In this document: positions 18,805 to 27,504 of the stretch, piece after piece
How the letters are laid out: the number at the start of each line of letters is the position of its first letter
Numbering within the stretch: position 1 is the first letter of the stretch
Virus record (IMG/VR): IMGVR_UViG_3300017970_000002
Location: 1-59,885 of that record
From: a virus
Lineage: Duplodnaviria; Caudoviricetes
Length of the DNA stretch: 59,885 nt
Reading direction: 5' to 3' (one strand)
Translations under genes and position numbers: made by a program
The notes under the pieces: generated by a model
The model's database searches: none
Seen by the model: the letters and a program-made list of their open reading frames with translations, nothing else
Told to the model about the DNA's origin: nothing

Positions 18805-19005
18805 ATGGCATACAACAAACGCACGCGGTACCAAATACGTGCAATCCTGTACTTTGCAATCGCTTGTGTGTTCCTTTTCATCGCAGCACGCCGCGAATTC
18901 GAGATCTACGCATGCCAAGCAGGAGCCGACCGTGGTCCGTACGCTGGCCGATTGAGCGATGTAGACCGCGCGGTGCTAATCCACGATTGCATCGAGGGAA
19001 AATAA
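18805..19005 (+). CDS. Small membrane protein
   Basis: GAGGAG SD; one TM. Confidence 0.6.
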   Translation: MAYNKRTRYQIRAILYFAIACVFLFIAARREFEIYACQAGADRGPYAGRLSDVDRAVLIHDCIEGK

Positions 19006-19006
19006 A

Positions 19007-19288
19007 ATGGAACGCACAATCGACCAACGTCTAGACGCCCTCACTGCGTCCGTGGAGCTCCTAGCCTCGATCTACAGCGACCGTGAACGCGTGTTCTACG
19101 ATTCGATGCGCGAACAACACGAGTTTAACAAGCTGATCGTTGCTGAGCTGAAGGCTACGGGCGCCGCGCTCACGTTAATGGCATCGAGCCAGGCGAAGTT
19201 AACGGATATTGCTGAGTATCACGAAGGCTTGTTCCGGAAACAGAACAAGATCGATGGGGATACGCCGATTTCGGAGCTGAGACCATGA
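19007..19288 (+). CDS. Coiled-coil hypothetical protein
   Basis: 'TIDQRLDALT.SVELLAS', a pattern I associate with Acidobacteria. Confidence 0.65.
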   Translation: MERTIDQRLDALTASVELLASIYSDRERVFYDSMREQHEFNKLIVAELKATGAALTLMASSQAKLTDIAEYHEGLFRKQNKIDGDTPISELRP

Positions 19289-19497
19289 AGCGGACAGCAA
19301 CGCTAGTTAAAATACCCATTACATGTGAAATCGCCCGCGCCATTGCTATGGATTATGCTGACAGAGCCATGCGCCACGCAAATCGAAAAAGCTGGAATCT
19401 GAGCGATTACAACCTGGCTGCACGCAAGTTTAAAGAGTTGTGGCCGCAATCGCTTAACGACTTCCCTACGGCTGATCTCGCCATGTCACAACCGTAG
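19285..19497 (+). CDS. Hypothetical protein
   Basis: Coupled ORF. Confidence 0.65.
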   Translation: MKRTATLVKIPITCEIARAIAMDYADRAMRHANRKSWNLSDYNLAARKFKELWPQSLNDFPTADLAMSQP

Positions 19498-19499
19498 GT

Positions 19500-19650
19500 G
19501 AAAAGAGAGGCAGCCTGATACATCCGCTCTCCTCGACGGGTTATCTGATGTCGGCTGCCTCTCGTTTGAGCGAGATTTCTTGCACCAGATCCGGCTGGAT
19601 CGTATGCCAGTCGTAGGCTGGAAACCGCTGGACAGGGAATCTCGCTGAAA
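19500..19650 (+). ncRNA. Candidate structured RNA (two domains)
   Basis: 11-bp stem 19505-19515/19553-19563; stem 19569-19578/19637-19646 enclosing smaller hairpins. Confidence 0.45.
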
Positions 19651-19666
19651 GTGAGGATAACGAACA

Positions 19667-20011
19667 ATGGAAGCTATCGACACTGATCCCATTAGCCCGA
19701 CGATCACATTGCACTACGGCGGGTTTGAGCATTGGTGTGATCAAAAACTTGAGGTGTGTGTGTCACATCGCGAGAGCTATGTATATCTGGAAATCGGATG
19801 TGTGCGCCTGTTCATTTCGGCTGAGCAGTACGAAAAGTTTCGCTCGGATGTCGCTTCGCTACCTGAGTATCGCATCGCGGGAGGTGGTCCATTCAGACCG
19901 GTACATACCAGCACCGAAGCTGATATCGAGCCGCCAATCGCAATCCCCGATCACGACCAAGAGCGCGACGCACGCTTGCAACTCCCTTCTCAGGAGGTGC
20001 GCAATGGCTAG
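19667..20011 (+). CDS. Hypothetical protein
   Basis: GAGGA SD. Confidence 0.6.
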   Translation: MEAIDTDPISPTITLHYGGFEHWCDQKLEVCVSHRESYVYLEIGCVRLFISAEQYEKFRSDVASLPEYRIAGGGPFRPVHTSTEADIEPPIAIPDHDQERDARLQLPSQEVRNG

Positions 20012-20234
20012 TGCGTGGGCAGAGCAACAAGTCGCGGCGTTCTGGAAGCGCTATCGCATGTACATTCCCGATGACGCAATTGCTGACGCGCTTGACCGAG
20101 CGCGCGAATTGGGCCATTGGGAGGGTGAAATAGAAATGGCCGAAGATCTGGGTACAGCAGATAGCAGTTGCGTAGAGCGCTTGAAAGCACAGCGTAACAT
20201 GCGGCTACAACCCCCTTCTCCGGAGGCCAGGTAG
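20004..20234 (+). CDS. Hypothetical protein
   Basis: AGGAGG SD before MASAW. Confidence 0.6.
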   Translation: MASAWAEQQVAAFWKRYRMYIPDDAIADALDRARELGHWEGEIEMAEDLGTADSSCVERLKAQRNMRLQPPSPEAR

Positions 20235-20236
20235 CC

Positions 20237-20416
20237 ATGTCTCTCGTATGGATGCCGCCTGGCTCGAATCGGGATACGAAGGCCCTATATGTAACCTCGC
20301 GTGAGGAGTCGATTGAAAAAGTTACGGTCATCAGCAGAAAATTGCGAGGCTCGGATGTTGGGTGGGCATGGAGAGTGATCGGATGGTTGTGGATGAGGAT
20401 CGAGGGGGTGAGGTGA
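20237..20416 (+). CDS. Hypothetical 59-aa protein
   Basis: Hand-translated; fills gap; GGAGG upstream. Confidence 0.45.
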   Translation: MSLVWMPPGSNRDTKALYVTSREESIEKVTVISRKLRGSDVGWAWRVIGWLWMRIEGVR

Positions 20417-20419
20417 GCG

Positions 20420-20695
20420 ATGGCGAGTAACTGGCGCGTCGGACGAAAGATACCACTGAACGTCTACGAAGGTGCCAGGCCAGTGTGTCAGTGCCATGAC
20501 ACGGAGGATGCAGCGAAGATCGTCGCGGCCGTGAACGTGCATAGCAATGCTCTCGACCGCGCGAAGCTCGACGGGAAGATTGAGGTGCTGACGAACATGG
20601 TGCGTATTGCGAAAGAAGGTAAATGTAGAGATGCTATACAGTCAGCACGCGCTAAATTGACCAGCCTGCGCGCGGAGAGTGAGAAACTGGGATGA
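20420..20695 (+). CDS. Hypothetical protein
   Basis: 'WRVGRKIPLNVYEG' phage motif. Confidence 0.7.
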   Translation: MASNWRVGRKIPLNVYEGARPVCQCHDTEDAAKIVAAVNVHSNALDRAKLDGKIEVLTNMVRIAKEGKCRDAIQSARAKLTSLRAESEKLG

Positions 20696-20898
20696 CCGAG
20701 ATCCAAATCCGGCGTGCTTGCAAAAAGCCAAAGCCTCGTTCAAGTAATCAGCTAGGCCACTTCAAGGCCATAGAGTGCCCCGACTGTGGCGCACCTGCTT
20801 ATGAAGGCAATAAGATACAACACGTACGCGTGTATGAATGGGTACCGCTCACATCTCTGGCTAAGCTGACGGCGGGGAAAGGTGAGGTGGAGGGATGA
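20692..20898 (+). CDS. Small CxxC protein
   Basis: Coupled ORF. Confidence 0.55.
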   Translation: MTEIQIRRACKKPKPRSSNQLGHFKAIECPDCGAPAYEGNKIQHVRVYEWVPLTSLAKLTAGKGEVEG

Positions 20899-21650
20899 GC
20901 GAACTCACGATCGCGATCACATGTTATAAGCGCCCGGAGCTGCTCAAAGGGTTGCTGGAGTCGATTGCGCAAGCTGATCTGACACATGTCGTGCGGTTCG
21001 TCGTAAGTGTAGACTGGCACTCGGATGAGATGTTCATGCGCATGTGCGACGTGTTTAGGCAGTCAGTCGGGGACCTCGGCGCGCGTGGTTGCCGTTTGTG
21101 CAAACAGGCGTATCGGCTCGGTATACATAACCACAATCGCTGGTTGATAAATGAAGCCTTCAACGCGCATAAGGCCGAGGCCGTGGTCATGTTGGAGGAG
21201 GACTGCGTAGTCGCGCCTGATGCGTTAAACTTTGCGTGGTGGGCGTTGCAGCAGAATGGCGCGATCGTAAACCTAGGTGGCAAATGGTCCGATGGCGTCA
21301 GACATGCCGTACGTGGTACGCACCTTATCGAATCCGCAGGCTGGGCGGTCACTCGCGAGAACTGGCAACAGATCGAGCCTTACTGGAATGGCAAGATGCG
21401 CATGCCTGTCGGCTGGGACTGGTCACTCTCGTACCTCTGCTACGTGCGCGGATGGGACACAATCGATCCACTAGTCGCGCGAGTGAAGAACGTCGGTCGA
21501 ACGAATGGTACGTATCAGACAGCAGCGGATTATGACCTGGATCGCGCGAATGTCGTACTGGCGACCGGGATACCGAAGGAGTACACGCTGCTGGAGGGCG
21601 AACCGGATCGGACTTGGCCTGAGTGGGTGAAAGAGGAGGCACGGCTGTGA
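20895..21650 (+). CDS. GT-A fold glycosyltransferase (GT2/GT13-like)
   Basis: 'ITCYKRPE', 'VSVD', 'MLEEDC', 'GWA', 'GWDW', 'RVKNVG'. Confidence 0.85.
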   Translation: MSELTIAITCYKRPELLKGLLESIAQADLTHVVRFVVSVDWHSDEMFMRMCDVFRQSVGDLGARGCRLCKQAYRLGIHNHNRWLINEAFNAHKAEAVVMLEEDCVVAPDALNFAWWALQQNGAIVNLGGKWSDGVRHAVRGTHLIESAGWAVTRENWQQIEPYWNGKMRMPVGWDWSLSYLCYVRGWDTIDPLVARVKNVGRTNGTYQTAADYDLDRANVVLATGIPKEYTLLEGEPDRTWPEWVKEEARL

Positions 21651-22384
21651 AACTTGTTGTGCTGTCCTCGTGCTATCAACGTCCAGATCTCCTCGCGACA
21701 CTCGCCGAGTCCTGCCAGCTATTCAGGCATGATCTGATCCTGGTCGAAAAGCCCGGAGCCGCATGGACCAACTGCCGCGAAGGGAAACTCATCGCCGCGC
21801 GCGACAAGCTGAAGGAGCTGGCGACGGCTGGTGTCTATACGCACGCGCTGTGGACCGATGGCTTTGACTCGTTCATGTGCCAGCCACTACATGCGATTGC
21901 ACGTGAGCACGCTGCGATGGGTAGCCCAGAGATCATCCTGTCAGCCGAGAAGAACTGCTTTCCTGACGCCACACTAGCCAAGCTCTACCCACTGCAAGAC
22001 TCGCCTTGGGAGTTCGTATGCGCTGGCGGCTGGCTGGTCGAGATATCAGCGCGCGTCTGTGGTGTCTTCGATCAACTCTGCGCTGAGGAGTCGCCGGAAG
22101 ATCAGCTTACCTGGGCGCGCGCGTATGTCAATGGATTCGTCGGCGGAATGGCAACGCTCGATGTAGGATGCAGGATATTCCAGACGATGTGGGGGACCTC
22201 GGAGTTCGACGAGGTGACCGTTACGCCAAAAATCAACGGTGATGTGGTGAATCACGTCACGGGAAGTCATCCTTGCGTCATTCACTTCAATGGCTCAGGC
22301 CCAGATCATCCGACTCAGCGTTATTTGAGCATGTGGCAGCGTTTGTGGTTCGCAAAGCAGCTTCCAGGATCACTGCAAGCATGA
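21647..22384 (+). CDS. Glycosyltransferase resembling the PLOD/LH3 GT domain
   Basis: 'WTDGFD', 'SAEKNCFP', 'AGGW', 'DQL', 'LD..CRIFQT', 'P.VIHFNG'. Confidence 0.85.
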   Translation: MKLVVLSSCYQRPDLLATLAESCQLFRHDLILVEKPGAAWTNCREGKLIAARDKLKELATAGVYTHALWTDGFDSFMCQPLHAIAREHAAMGSPEIILSAEKNCFPDATLAKLYPLQDSPWEFVCAGGWLVEISARVCGVFDQLCAEESPEDQLTWARAYVNGFVGGMATLDVGCRIFQTMWGTSEFDEVTVTPKINGDVVNHVTGSHPCVIHFNGSGPDHPTQRYLSMWQRLWFAKQLPGSLQA

Positions 22385-24114
22385 CCGTTTGTTCTGAATT
22401 TAGAACATTTTCAAGGGATTTCACCAGAGAAGAGCCTTTTATGTTATACAGCGCTACATTGACTCTGCTTTTCCATATCCTGATCCGGGCTGCCATGCCG
22501 CCGCTCCCGTGGAGGTCTACAGCAGCCCGATTTTTTCACTGCATAGGCTTGTTGATTCTATTGACTGGGCTCTCAATTCCCTCACCTGCACAACAGCAGG
22601 TATCCATAAACTCAGCTTCGCCGCTCTCGGGCAGTGGTCCTACACTCACCTTTAGCGCGGCATTCGAAGGCGGGTTGACTCAAGTTACTAACATGTGGGC
22701 TGTCTTGTACATATCGCCTCAGTCAAGTGGTGCAATACCAGTCAGCGGAACGGCAAATGTCTGTCAGATAGCCCTTCTGACTATCAACTCTGATCCGTCT
22801 GTGGATTCCGCATCGACAACCGGACAGTGGAGCCTTGCCAATGATGCAGGAACAGCTTCTATAACGTCCACGAACGGCGCGAACGTAGGGAACAGCCAGT
22901 GTATGCTCGATGTCTCAGCCAGTTCTTGGCGCATTGAGGACGAAATCAGCTACAGCATGCTCTATGTGACTTACACCGTTCAGTTTACAAGCGCATGGGT
23001 CGGTCTGTTGTCGAACACGTGGCTGTACGGAGACGAGCGCACAGGTGTTGAATGCTCAGGATACGGCCCCTCTACCAACAATTGTACTGGGTGGCAGCAT
23101 TTGGGCACCTGGACCCCCGAAGCGCCATCGCTCACGATCGGTACGCCACCTGGCCCCGGCGCATTCCCCCCGATTGATTGGGTTCCTACTGTTCCCTCTA
23201 ACATCAATGACTTCAACGTCGTAGATCAGCTAGAGATTAATCCGGGCTACTCCGGCAATATGATTGTCATTGCGACCGATGACGAGACCGGACTGCCAAT
23301 CGCGGGAGCGTCGATAATCTGTGGAAACCAGGCACCCACTACGGGCTCAGGCTGGCATCCCCACGACACCGGCTACGGACGCCCGAACATAGAGATTGCG
23401 CCTGGCCCCTACGTGACAAACGCGAACGGGGAGGCACAGTTTCCCGTAAACGTGCCACCGTTCGCCGGGATCTATTGGATATCGTGCGCGGGCTCTACGG
23501 CGAACGACGCGCAAACCGTGGCGCTCCTGGAGAATGTGATCGTAGCGGACCCCGGCGCGCCGTTCTACAGCTTCCCGGCTGCTGGCTGGCTCGGAACCTA
23601 CGGTACGAGTGTCGTTATAGACAGCCAACACGCCGGGCAGATATTCTTCAGCACACTGTTCTTCCAAGAGAAGATGCTGCTGATCGGCTCCAATTTCTAC
23701 CTGATCGGGTGGCCTTGGACAGTTAGTCCCGTCACTAACCCGTACATTCCAGTGAGCATTTACACCATACCTGACTCCCAGTACATCGTTACAGCCGCGC
23801 CAATTACAGGATTTGCGAGGATACTGCCGTTCCGCATGTCGCTCCCGTGGGGTGGCTGGCTGGATGACGATGGTAGCGGGAGCCAGTTCTGGAGCCTGTT
23901 CAACACCGATGGGCATACGGATGGGCTGGAGGCCGATGTGGCGGGGCTGTACCACATAACGCCAGGGACCCTGTTCATTGGCAACGCACTCGTGTACGCG
24001 ATCAAGGATGCAGGTTGTCAGGTGGCACCGGCGCCTTGGGAAAATGGGACGATCAATCAGTCCAGCCTGCAAGCGGCTCAGGTTTGGCATATTTACGGTT
24101 GCGGAATTACCTAG
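22381..24114 (+). CDS. Secreted protein: Solibacter-type repeat + Ig-like + MepA/M74-like peptidase domain
   Basis: Signal ending SPA/QQQ; 'LANDAGT..NSQC..GWQHLGTW'; C-terminal 'MSLPWGG..D..GH..G..AD'; start uncertain. Confidence 0.6.
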   Translation: MTVCSEFRTFSRDFTREEPFMLYSATLTLLFHILIRAAMPPLPWRSTAARFFHCIGLLILLTGLSIPSPAQQQVSINSASPLSGSGPTLTFSAAFEGGLTQVTNMWAVLYISPQSSGAIPVSGTANVCQIALLTINSDPSVDSASTTGQWSLANDAGTASITSTNGANVGNSQCMLDVSASSWRIEDEISYSMLYVTYTVQFTSAWVGLLSNTWLYGDERTGVECSGYGPSTNNCTGWQHLGTWTPEAPSLTIGTPPGPGAFPPIDWVPTVPSNINDFNVVDQLEINPGYSGNMIVIATDDETGLPIAGASIICGNQAPTTGSGWHPHDTGYGRPNIEIAPGPYVTNANGEAQFPVNVPPFAGIYWISCAGSTANDAQTVALLENVIVADPGAPFYSFPAAGWLGTYGTSVVIDSQHAGQIFFSTLFFQEKMLLIGSNFYLIGWPWTVSPVTNPYIPVSIYTIPDSQYIVTAAPITGFARILPFRMSLPWGGWLDDDGSGSQFWSLFNTDGHTDGLEADVAGLYHITPGTLFIGNALVYAIKDAGCQVAPAPWENGTINQSSLQAAQVWHIYGCGIT

Positions 24115-24124
24115 GAGGTCATAC

Positions 24125-24481
24125 ATGGACATTACGATGATGCTGGCAGCGGCGGCTCTGGCGAAGGCTACTACGCGCGCGCCTCGTCTGCATGCTCGCT
24201 TCGAGAAGGTAGAACAAGCCGAGCCGTTCATGGGGGCCTATCAGTTCCATGAACACACGGTCGAGATCTGGTCGGCTGATGGGACGATTCATATCGAGCT
24301 GCCACGCCTCGGGCCGGAGCACCCGATGGAGCCTGTGGAGGTAACGGCGACCCGAAAGTGGCCCACCGATAACCCCGCATACACGCCGCAGTTCCTGAGA
24401 TGGACGGCTAGGGTCCAGCGTGCGCATGAGTGGGGGCCGTTGCCGCCAGAACAAAAGACCCTACCGGGGGAAGGGAGGTGA
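24125..24481 (+). CDS. Hypothetical protein
   Basis: AGGAGG SD. Confidence 0.6.
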   Translation: MDITMMLAAAALAKATTRAPRLHARFEKVEQAEPFMGAYQFHEHTVEIWSADGTIHIELPRLGPEHPMEPVEVTATRKWPTDNPAYTPQFLRWTARVQRAHEWGPLPPEQKTLPGEGR

Positions 24482-24576
24482 TTCAGCTGTGCTTGTGATC
24501 TGCGTTGTAATCTGGGTAGCTTGGGGAGTCGCATTACTCGTGGCGTCTCATAGCAGCTAGGAAAGGATGTGTACCG

Positions 24577-24891
24577 TTGACCCACCATCGGCCCCTGCCA
24601 TCTGACCTCATTCGCCGCACTAATGCCCTCCCGCAAGCTCGGCGAGCGGTGACCGATCTGCTTGGTGCCAAATCCGACTGGGGAAGGCCGCCTTTGGTGC
24701 GCAAGCTGGAGACGTATCCGCTCGCCGACTACCTCTATGACCGGTCTCGGGCTAGTGATGATCTTAAGAAGGCCGAATTAGGTTGGTTATGGTACATTCA
24801 TCGGCAGCCCGAGGACGTACAGGAGGCGGTCAGGAAGGTATCACGCCTGTTCGGGAAAAAACCCGACATTTTTGCACCAATTTATGCTTGA
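24577..24891 (+). CDS. Hypothetical protein
   Basis: TTG start with AAGGA SD. Confidence 0.5.
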   Translation: MTHHRPLPSDLIRRTNALPQARRAVTDLLGAKSDWGRPPLVRKLETYPLADYLYDRSRASDDLKKAELGWLWYIHRQPEDVQEAVRKVSRLFGKKPDIFAPIYA

Positions 24892-24916
24892 CAGGTTGCG
24901 CGCCGAGGTGTATTCT
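24888..24916 (+). promoter_or_regulatory. Promoter for recombination/replication operon
   Basis: TTGACA-N17-TATTCT. Confidence 0.75.
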
Positions 24917-24971
24917 ACCGACTTAGATTGATTGCGAACTGATCGCGGATTTTAGATAGGAGATACGACCG

Positions 24972-25190
24972 ATGCAGGACCCAGACGTTAGGGCGTCTGT
25001 TGACGAAAGTAAGCCATCGCCGTTTCGATTCCAAGTCAACGTTTATAACGAGTGGTGCGGACAGAGGGTCAGAGTACACCGCGAGACGCTACCTGATCTG
25101 AGCTTCGTCCAAGGCAAGTTACTTCCGCTCATGTGTCACATGCTCTGCGAAGAGCACAACGCCCGCTTCGTGGAGGTTCTATGCCTGTGA
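24972..25190 (+). CDS. Hypothetical protein
   Basis: AGGAG SD. Confidence 0.6.
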   Translation: MQDPDVRASVDESKPSPFRFQVNVYNEWCGQRVRVHRETLPDLSFVQGKLLPLMCHMLCEEHNARFVEVLCL

Positions 25191-25384
25191 TCATCGCGAA
25201 CACTTGCCGCCTGTGCCTCCGCGAGACCAAGAAAGCGCACCGCTGTAGGCATGGTAACGTCTGCCGGGCGAATGAGTGGGGCTACCCTGAGTGCGTGTAT
25301 TGCCGCGTGGAGTATGGGGATCGGTGGAAGCGCTGGGCGGATGAGCGGAGGGAAAGAGGGATCGGGAATGCCATCGACGCCTGA
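25181..25384 (+). CDS. Cys-rich small protein
   Basis: GGAGG SD; multiple Cys pairs. Confidence 0.55.
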   Translation: MPVIIANTCRLCLRETKKAHRCRHGNVCRANEWGYPECVYCRVEYGDRWKRWADERRERGIGNAIDA

Positions 25385-25577
25385 GGAAGTCATCATGGCG
25401 CGTAAGATGACGTTGGAATTGACAATCGGCGAAATTACCGCCATCGAAGCGGGGATGGTGGTGTTGCGCGCCTCTGGAGAATCAGACCCTGCAATGGAGT
25501 CCGTTCTTCTTAAGGTGCGTGAAGCCATTAAGGCCGATGCAATGGATTACAAGGCGGAAAAGCGGAGGCCCTGCTGA
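25368..25577 (+). CDS. Hypothetical protein
   Basis: Coupled ORF. Confidence 0.55.
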   Translation: MPSTPEEVIMARKMTLELTIGEITAIEAGMVVLRASGESDPAMESVLLKVREAIKADAMDYKAEKRRPC

Positions 25578-26956
25578 TGCCATCGACGCTTGGTGACCTC
25601 CAAACTTTCGTGGCCCAGTCCGAGGCAGCGGGCAAGCGTGTGTTCTTCACCTCGCGTTCAGCGATCATCACGCGGCAGAAGTGCCCACGCCTGCGCTGGT
25701 TGCGCCATCACTTCGACGGGCGCGGCCTGACCAAGATCCGGCTGAACATTCCGATGACGACCGGGACGTATACGCACTTGGGTGCCAAGCTCCTGCTCAC
25801 AGGAACCGCGCCGCTCGCCGCCGCTGAGCAAGTCTTGGCAGCCTACGACGAGGAAGTCCTGAAGCGCGGCCTCGACATCGAGGCGTCCGAGAATCTGGAG
25901 TTCGTGGCGAATGAGCAGCGCGCACTCTGCGAGGCGTTCGTGTGGCTGATGCACCTGCGCGTGCTGCCGGAGCTGCTGCGGGACTACGAGGTCGTCGCGG
26001 TCGAGCAGGATGACTGGTTCCTGCTGTATGAGGACGCGCAGATGGTGGTTATTGTTGAGACCAGAGGGGACGCCATTTTGCGGGAGAGTGGCGTCATTCA
26101 GCCGGAGTCTATGCAATTGGGTCCAGACGGGATGAAGCACATTGGTTCAGACCTACCTGGAACTGGTGATCTCTACATCCTCTCCTGGAAAACCGCCAAG
26201 CAATGGGACAAGCGCAAGCTCCGCGACGCTCGCGTGGACATGCAAGGCCTCTCCGAAGCCTACTCGGCCGAGTTGCGTATGAACGCGCCAGTCCTCGGCG
26301 TCAAGATGATCCATCTCCTCAAGGGCAAGCGCTACGAGGACGACTACCGCCCTGGAACCTGGATCACCCGCTCGCCACTCATTCGCCCGTGGTACAACGA
26401 ATCCGGCCCAACACCCGAGTTCGCCTGGTCCTACGAATGGTCAAATCCCGAGGAGATCAACGATCGCACGGGCCGCGCTGTAAAACATCGCCTGGGCAAA
26501 GGCTGGCGCCCGGCATTCATCCCCGACATCATGCCGATGCGCGAGTGGATGGAGATGCTCCACGAGAAGGCGGTGCAGCCCGAGGCCGGGGATTGCCTGG
26601 CCAAGCAGTACGTGACCCCGATGCCCGAGACGCGCAGTGACGAGACGAAACGGCGCTGGTTAAGGCAGATCACCGGACAGGAGATCGAAGTCGCCCAGCA
26701 ATTGGTCGCGTTCGATGGCGTCACGAAACAAGGTGACGAATCTGCTACCGAGGAAGCCCTAGACCTGATGTTCCCGCAGTACACACATTCGTGCACATAC
26801 CCGTCCGAATGCGAGATGTTCCAGATCTGTCATGGGAATGAGGATGCACAGGAGGAAGCTGAGGTCGCTGGCGAGCCGGTCGTGAATCCGTTGAGTCTGT
26901 ATAAGCCGCGAGACCCGCATCACGTTGGTGAGATGGGGCAGTTTGAGGAGGAGTGA
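25577..26956 (+). CDS. PD-(D/E)XK exonuclease (Cas4/RecB-like)
   Basis: N-terminal CPR, 'G..TH', 'RGDA', 'SWKT', C-terminal Cys cluster. Confidence 0.8.
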   Translation: MPSTLGDLQTFVAQSEAAGKRVFFTSRSAIITRQKCPRLRWLRHHFDGRGLTKIRLNIPMTTGTYTHLGAKLLLTGTAPLAAAEQVLAAYDEEVLKRGLDIEASENLEFVANEQRALCEAFVWLMHLRVLPELLRDYEVVAVEQDDWFLLYEDAQMVVIVETRGDAILRESGVIQPESMQLGPDGMKHIGSDLPGTGDLYILSWKTAKQWDKRKLRDARVDMQGLSEAYSAELRMNAPVLGVKMIHLLKGKRYEDDYRPGTWITRSPLIRPWYNESGPTPEFAWSYEWSNPEEINDRTGRAVKHRLGKGWRPAFIPDIMPMREWMEMLHEKAVQPEAGDCLAKQYVTPMPETRSDETKRRWLRQITGQEIEVAQQLVAFDGVTKQGDESATEEALDLMFPQYTHSCTYPSECEMFQICHGNEDAQEEAEVAGEPVVNPLSLYKPRDPHHVGEMGQFEEE

Positions 26957-27111
26957 TGTCGGACGCGGATATCGTGAACGCTCTCGACAACATTCGGCGG
27001 GCCATCATCGACGGGGCTGCTAAGACGCTGGATGATGTGATGGCGCTGTTGGCCCCACTGTTCTACGAGTTGCAATGGCGCGCTGACAACAACGTGAGGA
27101 GTTGGCAATGA
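26956..27111 (+). CDS. Hypothetical 51-aa protein
   Basis: Hand-translated; coupled on both sides. Confidence 0.55.
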   Translation: MSDADIVNALDNIRRAIIDGAAKTLDDVMALLAPLFYELQWRADNNVRSWQ

Positions 27112-27305
27112 CCGAAACCTGGAAAGTAACACTCGATACGCCACAGCAGATCGTCAACGTGGATGTTCACGTAGTCGTCTACAAAGGCCAAGACGTGCGA
27201 ACGATCGTGCAAGGGATATTCGCGACGCCGGTCGAGTACAAAGGCGTCTGGTATCCGTCGCGCATGATCTCGTCGGTACGGAGGGCTGAAGTCGATGGCA
27301 ACTGA
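27108..27305 (+). CDS. Hypothetical protein
   Basis: GAGGAG SD. Confidence 0.6.
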   Translation: MTETWKVTLDTPQQIVNVDVHVVVYKGQDVRTIVQGIFATPVEYKGVWYPSRMISSVRRAEVDGN

Positions 27306-27504
27306 GGTTAGTGCTAAGGTTAGGACGCCCGAGCAGGTGGACATATCGGTGACTGCCACGTTTCAGCTCTGCGAGTGGGAGCAAATACTTGAGGCCACGA
27401 ATGGCGTTCCGTACTACTTCGCACTTGATGACCTGCGCCGCGCCGTTGCTGACGTAATAAGAAAGTGCAAGAGCACGCTGAAAGGGAGTTCCGATGCCAA
27501 GTAG
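27295..27504 (+). CDS. Hypothetical protein
   Basis: Coupled ORF. Confidence 0.6.
   Translation: MATEVSAKVRTPEQVDISVTATFQLCEWEQILEATNGVPYYFALDDLRRAVADVIRKCKSTLKGSSDAK

Noticed and set aside
25577-26956. Cas4 as part of a CRISPR system
   Set aside because: No array or other cas genes; context with Sak4 and SSB indicates a recombination exonuclease
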